Source: Candidatus Zhuqueibacterota bacterium
Lineage (GTDB): Bacteria; Zhuqueibacterota; Zhuqueibacteria; Residuimicrobiales; Krinioviventaceae
Length of the DNA: 64,000 nucleotides
Direction: 5' to 3'
NCBI GenBank assembly: GCA_016928775.1
Contig: JAFGKD010000054.1
Span: forward strand, 1 to 64,000
Positions 38,864-47,376 of the stretch are shown here, in pieces; positions within the stretch are counted from its first letter, which is position 1, and each line of letters starts with the position of its first letter. Position numbers and translations under genes: made by a program. The notes under the pieces were generated by a model that saw nothing but the letters and a program-made list of their open reading frames with translations, was not told where the DNA came from and made no database searches.

Positions 38864-39685
38864 CTACTCCACAGTCTTGTCCATGGGTAATCCCAGTTTT
38901 TTATACAAATTTCGTCGCCCGGCCTTATCGTTTTCCAATATTTTTCGGGCGAACCGGGCGACCTCTTCGGCGACGGATCGTGGTACAGCGATGACACCGT
39001 CGCCATCCGCAACCACAACATCTCCCGGGCAAACAAGCACGCCACCAATGCTCACTGGCCGATTGACTGATTCCAGTTCATTGCGCCCGGGGCGAATACC
39101 ACGACTCTTTTTGCGCAGATAAAGCGGCACTTTTTCGATGGCTACTTCGTCGGTGTCGCGCGCTCCGGCGTCGGTGACCACGCCAACCGCCCCGCGCGAT
39201 GCCCATCCCATAATGTTATTTGAGCCAATGGTGCCGACATCACCAAATTCATCGTCGTCAATGACAATAATATGTCCCGGCTGAATGATCGCCGCCCACG
39301 GCTCGGATGAGTAGTGATTATAAAAATGTCCTTCCCAGGCGCCAAAGTCCTCGTCCGGCTCGGGGCGATCTTTTTTCTGCGTCGGTACGTAGCGCACGGT
39401 CAAAGCAATACCGCGAATGACGTGTGCCAGATTCTCCTCATCTTTCCAGCACGCCTGAATTGACGCATCCACAAGACCGGTATTGGGCAAACCAACCATA
39501 TCCATGCCGTCCGAGACGTCCGCCACACGAAGATTCTCATAAAGTCTGAGCACAGCAGCGTTCTCCTCCGGGGAATAGAATGTCGTCGGTATAAAGTTTA
39601 TGCCCTGGACCATTTGTTGTGGATCAGCCGTTTGACCCAAAACAGCAACCGTCATTATCACGAAAAAAGCCAACACAGATTTCAT
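38864..39685 (-). CDS. RraA-family (RraA/4-hydroxy-4-methyl-2-oxoglutarate aldolase-like) protein with an N-terminal signal peptide
   Basis: GAVGVVTDAGARDTDEV and CPGDVVVADGDGVIAVP. The signal peptide is MKSVLAFFVIMTVAVLG. An AGGAGG lies 4 nt before the ATG. Confidence 0.7.
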   Translation of the reverse strand: MKSVLAFFVIMTVAVLGQTADPQQMVQGINFIPTTFYSPEENAAVLRLYENLRVADVSDGMDMVGLPNTGLVDASIQACWKDEENLAHVIRGIALTVRYVPTQKKDRPEPDEDFGAWEGHFYNHYSSEPWAAIIQPGHIIVIDDDEFGDVGTIGSNNIMGWASRGAVGVVTDAGARDTDEVAIEKVPLYLRKKSRGIRPGRNELESVNRPVSIGGVLVCPGDVVVADGDGVIAVPRSVAEEVARFARKILENDKAGRRNLYKKLGLPMDKTVE

Positions 39686-39811
39686 ATTACCTCCTGAGCT
39701 GCAATTAGAGTTAAAAAAAAGTCCGGTTTTTGATTACAAAAAAGTAAAAATATTTTTGCTTTTTTCCAACATACCTTTAAATTGTATCAATTAATTGAAA
39801 GGTTTGTTGTT

Positions 39812-40789
39812 ATGCGTTATAGAACTCTTGGACGTACAGGATTAAAAGTTTCAGAAATCGGATTTGGTGCCTGGGCGATCGGCGAGTCGTGGTGGGGAAC
39901 ACAGCCGGAAAAAGACTCGCTTGATGCATTGCACAGGGCACTTGATTTGGGCGTCAATTTTATCGATACCGCGGCCGGATACGGTAATGGTAAAAGCGAA
40001 CGTCTCATCGCTCGTGTTCTCAAGGAACGTCGCGAAGAGGTGATTGTGGCGACAAAAACCCCGCCAGCCGCTGGTCCCTGGCCACCATCACCTTATTGCC
40101 AGATGGATGAGCGCTATTCGGAAAAATATATCCGCAACAATGTCGAGGAGCGCCTGCGTAATCTGGATACCGACTGCATCGACATCCTGCAGTTGCACAC
40201 CTGGACGCGAGCCTGGAACAGAAATCCCAAGCCGCTGGATATTCTCAAAAAATTGCAGGCCGAAGGCAAGATAAAATACATTGGCATATCCACGCCGGAA
40301 CACGATCAGAACTGCGTCATCGATCTCATGCGGCGCGGTTATCTTGACACGGTTCAGGTCATATACAATATTTTTGAACAGGAACCCGCGGCCGAATTAT
40401 TGCCAACTGCCAAGGAACATCATGTCGGCATTATCGTACGCGTGGCCTTTGACGAGGGTATTCTCACCGGCAAATACAGCCTAAATACAAAATTTCCCAA
40501 AGGTGATTTCAGAAAGAACTATTTTGCCGGCGATCGGCTGCAGCGGGCTGTCAGAAGGGTGGAGGCGATCAAAAAAGAAATAGCGGGCACGGATTTGACC
40601 ATGCCGCAATTGGCGTTGAAATTTACCCTCATGCACCCGGCGGTGAGCACGGTTATTCCCGGAATTCGAAACGTCACTCAGGCTGAAGCCAATACTGCGG
40701 TTTCCGAATTGCCGGATTTAAACGAGGATTTGCTCAAACGGCTGCGGCGGCATGCCTGGCTGCGGGCTTTTTGGTACGCTGGAAAATAA
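39812..40789 (+). CDS. Aldo/keto reductase
   Basis: MRYRTLGRTGLKVSEIGFGAW start. Confidence 0.85.
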   Translation: MRYRTLGRTGLKVSEIGFGAWAIGESWWGTQPEKDSLDALHRALDLGVNFIDTAAGYGNGKSERLIARVLKERREEVIVATKTPPAAGPWPPSPYCQMDERYSEKYIRNNVEERLRNLDTDCIDILQLHTWTRAWNRNPKPLDILKKLQAEGKIKYIGISTPEHDQNCVIDLMRRGYLDTVQVIYNIFEQEPAAELLPTAKEHHVGIIVRVAFDEGILTGKYSLNTKFPKGDFRKNYFAGDRLQRAVRRVEAIKKEIAGTDLTMPQLALKFTLMHPAVSTVIPGIRNVTQAEANTAVSELPDLNEDLLKRLRRHAWLRAFWYAGK

Positions 40790-40816
40790 CTCACATGGAT
40801 AAAGAGCACAAGCCTT

Positions 40817-41347
40817 ATGGATAAACCCATCCCCACTCTCGCGTTTCAAAGTATGAAACTGTCATACAAAGCGAGGGATTTTCTCAAGCCACGGCAGATC
40901 ATCCTGAGTGAAGTACCGATAAAATTGGGTGATACAGTGCTTGATTTCGGCTGTGGACCGGGTAGCTATACTTTTATCATCGCAAAAATAGTCGGCTCAA
41001 GCGGTCGGGTTGTGGCGCTCGATATTCACCCCCTGGCCATCAAGCATGTTGAAAATCTCATTGCCAGTCGCGGAATTTCAAACGTCACCACCGTACTATC
41101 CGATTGCGACACCGGATGTGCAGAAGAAACGGTTGATGTCATTCTCCTGTTCGATATCTTTCACATGTTTGAAGATCCGAATAAAATTTTACGCGAATTG
41201 CACCGGGTGATTAAACCTGTAGGACTTTTGTCGTTCATCGACCAGCACATGAGCGAATCAAGTATCATCAATGGCATGATCCAGAGCGGTTTGTTTGAGC
41301 TGCAGGGACGAGCTGAATTCACCTTTAGTTTTAGAAAAAAGCCCTAG
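40817..41347 (+). CDS. Class I SAM-dependent methyltransferase
   Basis: VLDFGCGPGSYT motif I. Confidence 0.8.
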   Translation: MDKPIPTLAFQSMKLSYKARDFLKPRQIILSEVPIKLGDTVLDFGCGPGSYTFIIAKIVGSSGRVVALDIHPLAIKHVENLIASRGISNVTTVLSDCDTGCAEETVDVILLFDIFHMFEDPNKILRELHRVIKPVGLLSFIDQHMSESSIINGMIQSGLFELQGRAEFTFSFRKKP

Positions 41348-41392
41348 CCGCCTGAAGGATGGTATAGCCCGATTTTATTTTGGACACACTTG

Positions 41393-41640
41393 GCGCGGCC
41401 TTTGGCCGCAGCAAAATTTTGAGCCACTGATGAACACGGATGAGCACGGATTTATTGGCTTTGCTTCGAGAAAGCTTTGGGATTGGAGGCTAAAAAGGCT
41501 TAGAAATAATGGAACGCGGATTGAACGGATACGACGGATTTTAACGGATGAAGAAATCCGTTTCAATCCGTTTCAATCCGTTCAATCCGCGTTCTATTCT
41601 AAAGAATAGTGCTCGTTTTTGGTTGCGGCCTTTGGCCGCG
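41393..41640. repeat. Structured non-coding repeat element. Two identical GCGGCCTTTGGCCGC hairpins flank a helically phased array of CGGAT half-sites (x6) and their complement ATCCG (x4), forming a ~90-nt imperfect palindrome.
   Basis: Read directly. Hairpins lie at 41395-41409 and 41625-41639. CGGAT occurs at 41437, 41447, 41517, 41526, 41535 and 41545. ATCCG occurs at 41556, 41566, 41576 and 41585. Spacers are 4-6 nt, giving a 9-10 bp period. Confidence 0.6.
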
Positions 41641-41704
41641 CTGGGAAAATCCGTAGCTTGTAAAAAAACGCAGATTTCTTGCCTATTTGTGCGGAGTGAT
41701 CGCT

Positions 41705-43123
41705 ATGAAAAGTATTTTAATTTTGCTGAGCCTGACGGTGTTGCTGGTTGCACAAAAAAATCCCGTCCGCGTCGGCAATGTGTTCCCGCATCTCACCGTT
41801 CACGCTGATGGTATTGGCAGTATCAGCGAGACCGGCATCGGCGCGCTTATTCCATGGGCGAACAAGCTTTGGGCTGTGGGTTACGTTGCCCATATCCAGG
41901 GCAGCAATATTGGTCTTTATGAAATCGACGAAGATATGACCTGGCGTTTGCATCCCGAGTCGGTCACCGGCACGTTTGCCAATCGTTTGGTGCATTGGGA
42001 GTCCGGCCAGGCGATCATTGGCCCACATCTCATCGACCCGGATGGGCTGGTGCGCACAATTCCTGAAATGGCAAAGTACCGACTTGCTGCAACAATGCGA
42101 CATCTGTTTGATCCGGAAAATAAAGTCTATTTTCTCACGATGGAGGGCTTTTTGTGGGAAGTTGATGTTAACTCATTGGAGTCAAAACAGCTCTTTGATC
42201 TGAACATCGAACTGGATTTCCCGGAAGGTCGACCACCGCACTTCAAGGGCGGTTTTACCGCTCAAGGCCGTGTTGTCGTTGCTGCAAATCGCTATTGGGA
42301 AGAAGATTTCCTCGGTACCGTGCAGGGCGGGCGCCTGGCCGAATGGGATGGAGAGAGCTGGACTATTTTGGAGAAATTTCCTTTTGTTGAAGTCTCTGGC
42401 AAACAAAACCCCCGAACCGGCAAAGCATACGGCAATACCCTTTATGCTACAGGCTGGAGCAAATCGTCGGTCATTCTACGCGTCTTGCATGCCGGACAAT
42501 GGAAGCGCTATCTCCTGCCAAAGGCGAGCCATTCTTTTGATCATGCCTGGAACACCGAATGGATGCGCATTCGCGAAGTGCAGACCGAGCGCTATTTGAT
42601 GGATGTGCACGGCATGTTTTACGATTTGCCAGCCCTGGTTTATGATGGCTGGGTATGGGGTATTCGCCCCGTTTGTACGCATCTTCGTATTATCCCCGAT
42701 TTTGTTTTCTGGCGCGGGCTCTTTGTTTTGGCTGGTGATCAGACCGATAACGCCGTTGGTCAACCTCAATCAGGTTTATGGTTTGGCAATATCGATGATC
42801 TGTGGTCTTTCGGCAAACCGGGTGGATGGGGCGGTCCGTGGTGGGAAGAGCCGATTGATGCGGGTGAATTTTCTGATCCGTTTCTTTTGACCGGCTTTGA
42901 CAAAAAGGTCGTGCATCTGGCCCACAACTCGACCGATTCAGTGACATTCACCATCCAGGTTGATTTCCTCGGCAATGGCACCTGGAAACATTATACAAGC
43001 ATAACCGTATCGCCCGAAACCGGCTATGCGCATCACGAATTCACGGATGGTTTCTCAGCACATTGGGTGCGCGTAAAAGTGAACAGGGATTGTGTCGGCT
43101 CTGTATATTTTATCTATCATTAA
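41705..43123 (+). CDS. Secreted hypothetical protein (signal peptide; no recognized domain)
   Basis: MKSILILLSLTVLLVAQ signal peptide with a GGAG 8 nt upstream. It is W/G-rich, which may indicate a beta-rich fold. Confidence 0.6.
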   Translation: MKSILILLSLTVLLVAQKNPVRVGNVFPHLTVHADGIGSISETGIGALIPWANKLWAVGYVAHIQGSNIGLYEIDEDMTWRLHPESVTGTFANRLVHWESGQAIIGPHLIDPDGLVRTIPEMAKYRLAATMRHLFDPENKVYFLTMEGFLWEVDVNSLESKQLFDLNIELDFPEGRPPHFKGGFTAQGRVVVAANRYWEEDFLGTVQGGRLAEWDGESWTILEKFPFVEVSGKQNPRTGKAYGNTLYATGWSKSSVILRVLHAGQWKRYLLPKASHSFDHAWNTEWMRIREVQTERYLMDVHGMFYDLPALVYDGWVWGIRPVCTHLRIIPDFVFWRGLFVLAGDQTDNAVGQPQSGLWFGNIDDLWSFGKPGGWGGPWWEEPIDAGEFSDPFLLTGFDKKVVHLAHNSTDSVTFTIQVDFLGNGTWKHYTSITVSPETGYAHHEFTDGFSAHWVRVKVNRDCVGSVYFIYH

Positions 43124-43327
43124 ATTGTACCTGAGATTTTGGGGAATTGATCAATCATCTTCAGCACATCTGCATTTCCGCACATATATTATCTTGTGCT
43201 ATTATAAAACAATAGTTGACACCAATTTGCCAGTCGAAAGTTGCCTTTGCCTCTTTGTTATGCTCCCTTGATTGTGCACCCCTGAATATGCTTCGATGAC
43301 GCTTACAAGATAGCGGAACAGATTGCT

Positions 43328-44746
43328 ATGCTATTCAATTCAACAGTCTTTGTTTTCTTTTTGTTTATCGTGCTTTTTTTTCGCGCTTTTTATTCAAAGA
43401 TACCCTGGAATGTCGCCAAAATATGCCTTTTATGCTTTAGCTATCTTTTTTATGCCTGGTGGTTTCCGCCGTTTGTTGTCTTTTTGTTTCTTTCTTCTTA
43501 CGTCGATTTCATTCTTGGCAATCGAATCGTCACGCATCCACAGCATAAAAAACTCTATTTAACGGCTTCCTGTATTGTCAATCTGGGGATTCTCGGGTTT
43601 TTTAAATATGCCAATTTTTTTATCGAGAACATTAATTGGCTGGCCGGTTTAATTGGTTTTGAATTTCAGGTGACAAATCCATCAATTCTGCTGCCGGTGG
43701 GCATCTCATTTTACACGTTCCAGTCCATGAGCTATACAATTGATATTTATCGTGGAAATTTCAAACCGGTCGACTCTGCGATTGATTTTTTTCTCTATGT
43801 CAGTTTCTTCCCGCAACTTGTGGCAGGTCCTATTGTTCGTGCCAAAGATTTTCTACCGCAAACGCGCTCCTATACACCGCTTGATAAAAAGATCCTCTCC
43901 ATAGCCATTCCTTTGATCGTTTTTGGCTATTTTAAAAAGGTTGTTTTAGCCGATCAGATCGCTGAGCTGGTTGATGATTTTTTTCGCAATACCGATTTTA
44001 CGAATATACACAGCATTCGAGCGTGGATCGTCATGTACGCCTATTCTTTCCAAATTTTTTGTGATTTTTCCGGCTATTCGGACATTGCGATTGGTATCGC
44101 CTATTTGCTCGGATTTAAATTTCCGAAAAATTTCAACAATCCATATTTTGCCTGCGGCTTTAAAGATTTTTGGTCCAGGTGGCATATTTCTCTGTCCACC
44201 TGGTTGAAAGATTATCTGTATATCCCGCTGGGTGGCAATCGAAAAGGGTCGTTTCGTACATATATAAATCTTATGCTGACTATGCTATTGGGCGGATTGT
44301 GGCATGGCGCTAGCTGGAATTTTATCGCCTGGGGTGGCTTGCACGGTGCCTATCTGATCGGCGAGAGAATGATTCGTCGGCATGAGAATCTTCAGAATCA
44401 GCCGCACTCTTTTTGGGGCCGATTGGTGGGCGTTTTTATTACATTCCATCTCACCACTATTGCCTGGGTGTTTTTTCGGGCACAATCTTTTTCGCAGGCA
44501 TTTCAAATTTTGGGTGCCATGTTTTTTAATTTCAATACACCACTTGAAATCCTGCATTTCGCTCGGTTATCCTCTGTTTTTCTATTCCTCATCGTGGTAT
44601 ATTACGCCCTGAAATACGTGGGTGAATTTATGCCACAGCAGCAATGGAAACCACGTTTTGCTATGCTTTTTGCTCTTGCCGGTGCGATCGAGCTTGTCAT
44701 TTTATTTTGGGGACGAAGTAATGCGTTCATTTACTTTCAATTCTAA
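43328..44746 (+). CDS. MBOAT family O-acyltransferase (AlgI/DltB/PatA-like)
   Basis: Multi-TM with the conserved WHISLSTWLKDYLYIPLGGNR and the His-containing WHGASWNF. Confidence 0.85.
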   Translation: MLFNSTVFVFFLFIVLFFRAFYSKIPWNVAKICLLCFSYLFYAWWFPPFVVFLFLSSYVDFILGNRIVTHPQHKKLYLTASCIVNLGILGFFKYANFFIENINWLAGLIGFEFQVTNPSILLPVGISFYTFQSMSYTIDIYRGNFKPVDSAIDFFLYVSFFPQLVAGPIVRAKDFLPQTRSYTPLDKKILSIAIPLIVFGYFKKVVLADQIAELVDDFFRNTDFTNIHSIRAWIVMYAYSFQIFCDFSGYSDIAIGIAYLLGFKFPKNFNNPYFACGFKDFWSRWHISLSTWLKDYLYIPLGGNRKGSFRTYINLMLTMLLGGLWHGASWNFIAWGGLHGAYLIGERMIRRHENLQNQPHSFWGRLVGVFITFHLTTIAWVFFRAQSFSQAFQILGAMFFNFNTPLEILHFARLSSVFLFLIVVYYALKYVGEFMPQQQWKPRFAMLFALAGAIELVILFWGRSNAFIYFQF

Positions 44747-45710
44747 AAAACTTTTAATATTCCTCATGGTCGCCTTTTCTGTTTATTTACCTGTAGAAAT
44801 CAGTTTGCGCGGCTGGTATCCCTATGAACGCCGGGAAAATGAACTCATTGACCTGGGTGAAAAGATTCGCACTGCTCCCCAAATGGACATTGGTCTCTTT
44901 GGCAATTCAACTGTCCGAATGCTGGATTCTGAATTTATAGAGAATATTTTACGTGACAATAGTATAGATAAAAATGTTGAGAATTATTGTGTTTCGGGAT
45001 TGTCCGGCATACATGTTCTGACCACGATGTTAGAATTGCAGCGACTTCCAAAAATATCAATTTTGCCCATTGCATTTCGAGATTCGGACTTTAATGACAA
45101 CAGCCTGAACAAAGCAAAAATGGCAATTTACGCCGGTGCACGTCTTTTTACCTGGGATGCATTTACATTTTATGTTGAATACAAATTGACGACGGCTTTG
45201 TCAACTCTTGTCTTTAGTCTCGGCAATTTCCCGCCGCAAAGCTTTATCGCGCAAAGTGCTCGAGAGATGTTAAACCTGAAACCGGTTGATGCTTATCGAT
45301 CACTTTTTGGCTATCATTTTACCCATGCAAAAAAAGAAAATAACCTGGCAAAGCAGTATGAATATGGTAAAATGATCTACAAAACATGCTTGACCAGACA
45401 ACAACCTCTTGGCCGCGAATACCTTGAAAAATTTACATCCACCTGTATGAAAGTTCTCCCACACTCGAGGATTATTATTATCAGAATGCCGATGGATGAA
45501 GAATCGGCAGACCTGGAAGAGAGACTTTATCAGGATTGTTTTACCCGCCTCAAAGCTTTTTGTGAATCCACCGATACGCCATACTATGATTTTAATCAGG
45601 ACAAATACCCGCACTTTCCAACCAAAGACGGTGCACATCTGACAAAGTCAGCCCGTAAACGGTTTATTCAAGTTCTTGTGCAGGAATTTTTGCAAAGCAG
45701 CTATTTGTAA
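44721..45710 (+). CDS. SGNH/GDSL-like partner protein of the MBOAT acyltransferase (AlgJ/PatB/DltD-like)
   Basis: An N-terminal signal/anchor, a GNS block (LFGNSTVRM) and a C-terminal DGAHL (DxxH). The start overlaps the MBOAT 3' end. Confidence 0.6.
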   Translation: MRSFTFNSKKLLIFLMVAFSVYLPVEISLRGWYPYERRENELIDLGEKIRTAPQMDIGLFGNSTVRMLDSEFIENILRDNSIDKNVENYCVSGLSGIHVLTTMLELQRLPKISILPIAFRDSDFNDNSLNKAKMAIYAGARLFTWDAFTFYVEYKLTTALSTLVFSLGNFPPQSFIAQSAREMLNLKPVDAYRSLFGYHFTHAKKENNLAKQYEYGKMIYKTCLTRQQPLGREYLEKFTSTCMKVLPHSRIIIIRMPMDEESADLEERLYQDCFTRLKAFCESTDTPYYDFNQDKYPHFPTKDGAHLTKSARKRFIQVLVQEFLQSSYL

Positions 45711-47173
45711 ACGCGCCACTGTTGTTCACGGCCAAAATAGTCATTTGTTGTTCGAATTACTTTTCCTGATAGAACCACAAGCGCAATGAGATTGGGTATG
45801 GCCATTAATCCGAGAGCCACATCGCCAAATCCCCAGACAATTTCAAGTGATACAATGGCGCCGGCAAAATGCGCACAAACATAAAAAATCTTGTAAGGGC
45901 GAATGGCGCCGGGGCCAAACAGATATTCCGCGCTGCGATCGCCATAATACGACCAACTGATAGCCGTTGACAAGGCAAAAAGAAATACCGAAAATGTGAT
46001 AATTTTATCACCCCATGGAAAAAGAGGCGACAGACCTGTTTTAAATGCCAGAGCTGTCAACGGGGAGCCATTTAAACGTGCGCCATCGACGACCACTTCA
46101 TATGTCTGGGTGGAGACAATGACCAGGCCCGTGAGTGAACAGATGATGAGCGTGTCAACCAGGGGACCAATCATTGCCACCGCACCCTCGCGCGCCGGTT
46201 CATTTGTTTTGGCTGCCGCGTGTGCGATGGGCGCCGAGCCTTGTCCTGCCTCGTTTGAAAAGAGCCCGCGCTTGACACCCCAGACAACGGTGTTCAAAAA
46301 CAAGAGAAAACCACCACCGACAAAGCCAACCAATTCGGCGCGTGGTTGAAATGCCTCGCTCAAAATGGTGGCAAATGTTGGTACAATACGGTCGGCATGT
46401 ATTGATAAAATAATGAGTGCCGAGACCACATAAACGATGGCCATAAAAGGCGCCAGCCGTGCAGCAACCTTGCCGATACGTTTGATCCCGCCGAGAATAA
46501 CAAGCGCTACCAGCGTGGCCAGAAAAAGACCGGTGAATAATCTGACCAATTCGACGTGGATACCTAAAAAATTAATTGGCGCCAACAATGGATGCTCTGG
46601 CGACAATGCCAATTTGAATTCACTGAGGATTTGATCCGCGCAGGTGAACGCTTGAATCGAGTTTCCCGTACCCATGGATGAAACAACAGCAAAGGCGGCG
46701 AACGCAATGGCCAATGGCTTCCATGCCGGGCCTAATCCTTTCTCAATATAGTACATCGGACCGCCGCTCGCCGAGCCGTCAGGATTGATTTTCCGAAACT
46801 GGACCGCCAGTGTTGCCTCGGCATATTTCAGCGCCATGCCAAATATGGCGGTGATCCACATCCAGAACAGCGCACCGGGACCGCCATAATGGATGGCTGT
46901 TGCCACGCCGGCAATATTTCCTATTCCCACTGTCGCCGATAATGCCGCTGCCAGTGCCTGAAAATGGTTAATATCACCGGCATCTTGCGGATTATCATAT
47001 TTTCCACGAATGACATCAATGGCGTGACCGGTTTTGAACAACTGTATGAACCGAAGACGCAGGGTGATAAAAATACCTGATCCGAGCAGAATGACGACCA
47101 TCAGAGGCATTAATTCCGGCCAACCCCAGACAATACTGACAAGGGATTGAATAAAATCATTAACTTTTTCCAT
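45701..47173 (-). CDS. Alanine/glycine:cation symporter (AGCS) family transporter
   Basis: QALAAALSATVGIGNIAGVATAIHYGGPGALFWMW signature. Confidence 0.85.
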   Translation of the reverse strand: MEKVNDFIQSLVSIVWGWPELMPLMVVILLGSGIFITLRLRFIQLFKTGHAIDVIRGKYDNPQDAGDINHFQALAAALSATVGIGNIAGVATAIHYGGPGALFWMWITAIFGMALKYAEATLAVQFRKINPDGSASGGPMYYIEKGLGPAWKPLAIAFAAFAVVSSMGTGNSIQAFTCADQILSEFKLALSPEHPLLAPINFLGIHVELVRLFTGLFLATLVALVILGGIKRIGKVAARLAPFMAIVYVVSALIILSIHADRIVPTFATILSEAFQPRAELVGFVGGGFLLFLNTVVWGVKRGLFSNEAGQGSAPIAHAAAKTNEPAREGAVAMIGPLVDTLIICSLTGLVIVSTQTYEVVVDGARLNGSPLTALAFKTGLSPLFPWGDKIITFSVFLFALSTAISWSYYGDRSAEYLFGPGAIRPYKIFYVCAHFAGAIVSLEIVWGFGDVALGLMAIPNLIALVVLSGKVIRTTNDYFGREQQWRVYK

Positions 47174-47376
47174 GGGTACTTTTCTCTGGTCTATTGGAGT
47201 ATGATGAGCTCACAAGCCTGTCTATATTGCGAACTTTTCATGAAAAATCACCCGCACAGGGCGGATATCTTTCACAAAAAATTTACATAAAGATAGTAGA
47301 AATTATGAAAAACGCAAGTCGAAGGTTAGAACTGCGGCAAAACCAAAGTACATCGTTTCGTAAATATGATGATATA

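Noticed and set aside
41508-41598. CRISPR array
   Set aside because: The repeat period is only 9-10 bp and the units form an inverted, not direct, array. There are no spacers or cas genes.
41295-41609. 104-aa + strand ORF spanning the repeat element
   Set aside because: Its translation (NTDEHGFIGF...NGTRIERIRRILTDEEIRFNPFQSVQS) is simply the CGGAT/ATCCG repeats read in frame. It overlaps the 3' end of the methyltransferase gene and has no start context.
44622-44720. Upstream extension of the SGNH-like ORF
   Set aside because: It overlaps the MBOAT coding region. The signal or anchor sequence begins at MRSFTF.
47174-47376. Possible glycine riboswitch upstream of the AGCS transporter (minus strand)
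   Set aside because: I looked for the conserved glycine-aptamer cores (GGAGAG...CACCGAAGGGGCAA) on the reverse complement and found none. Only a weak 4-bp hairpin is present.
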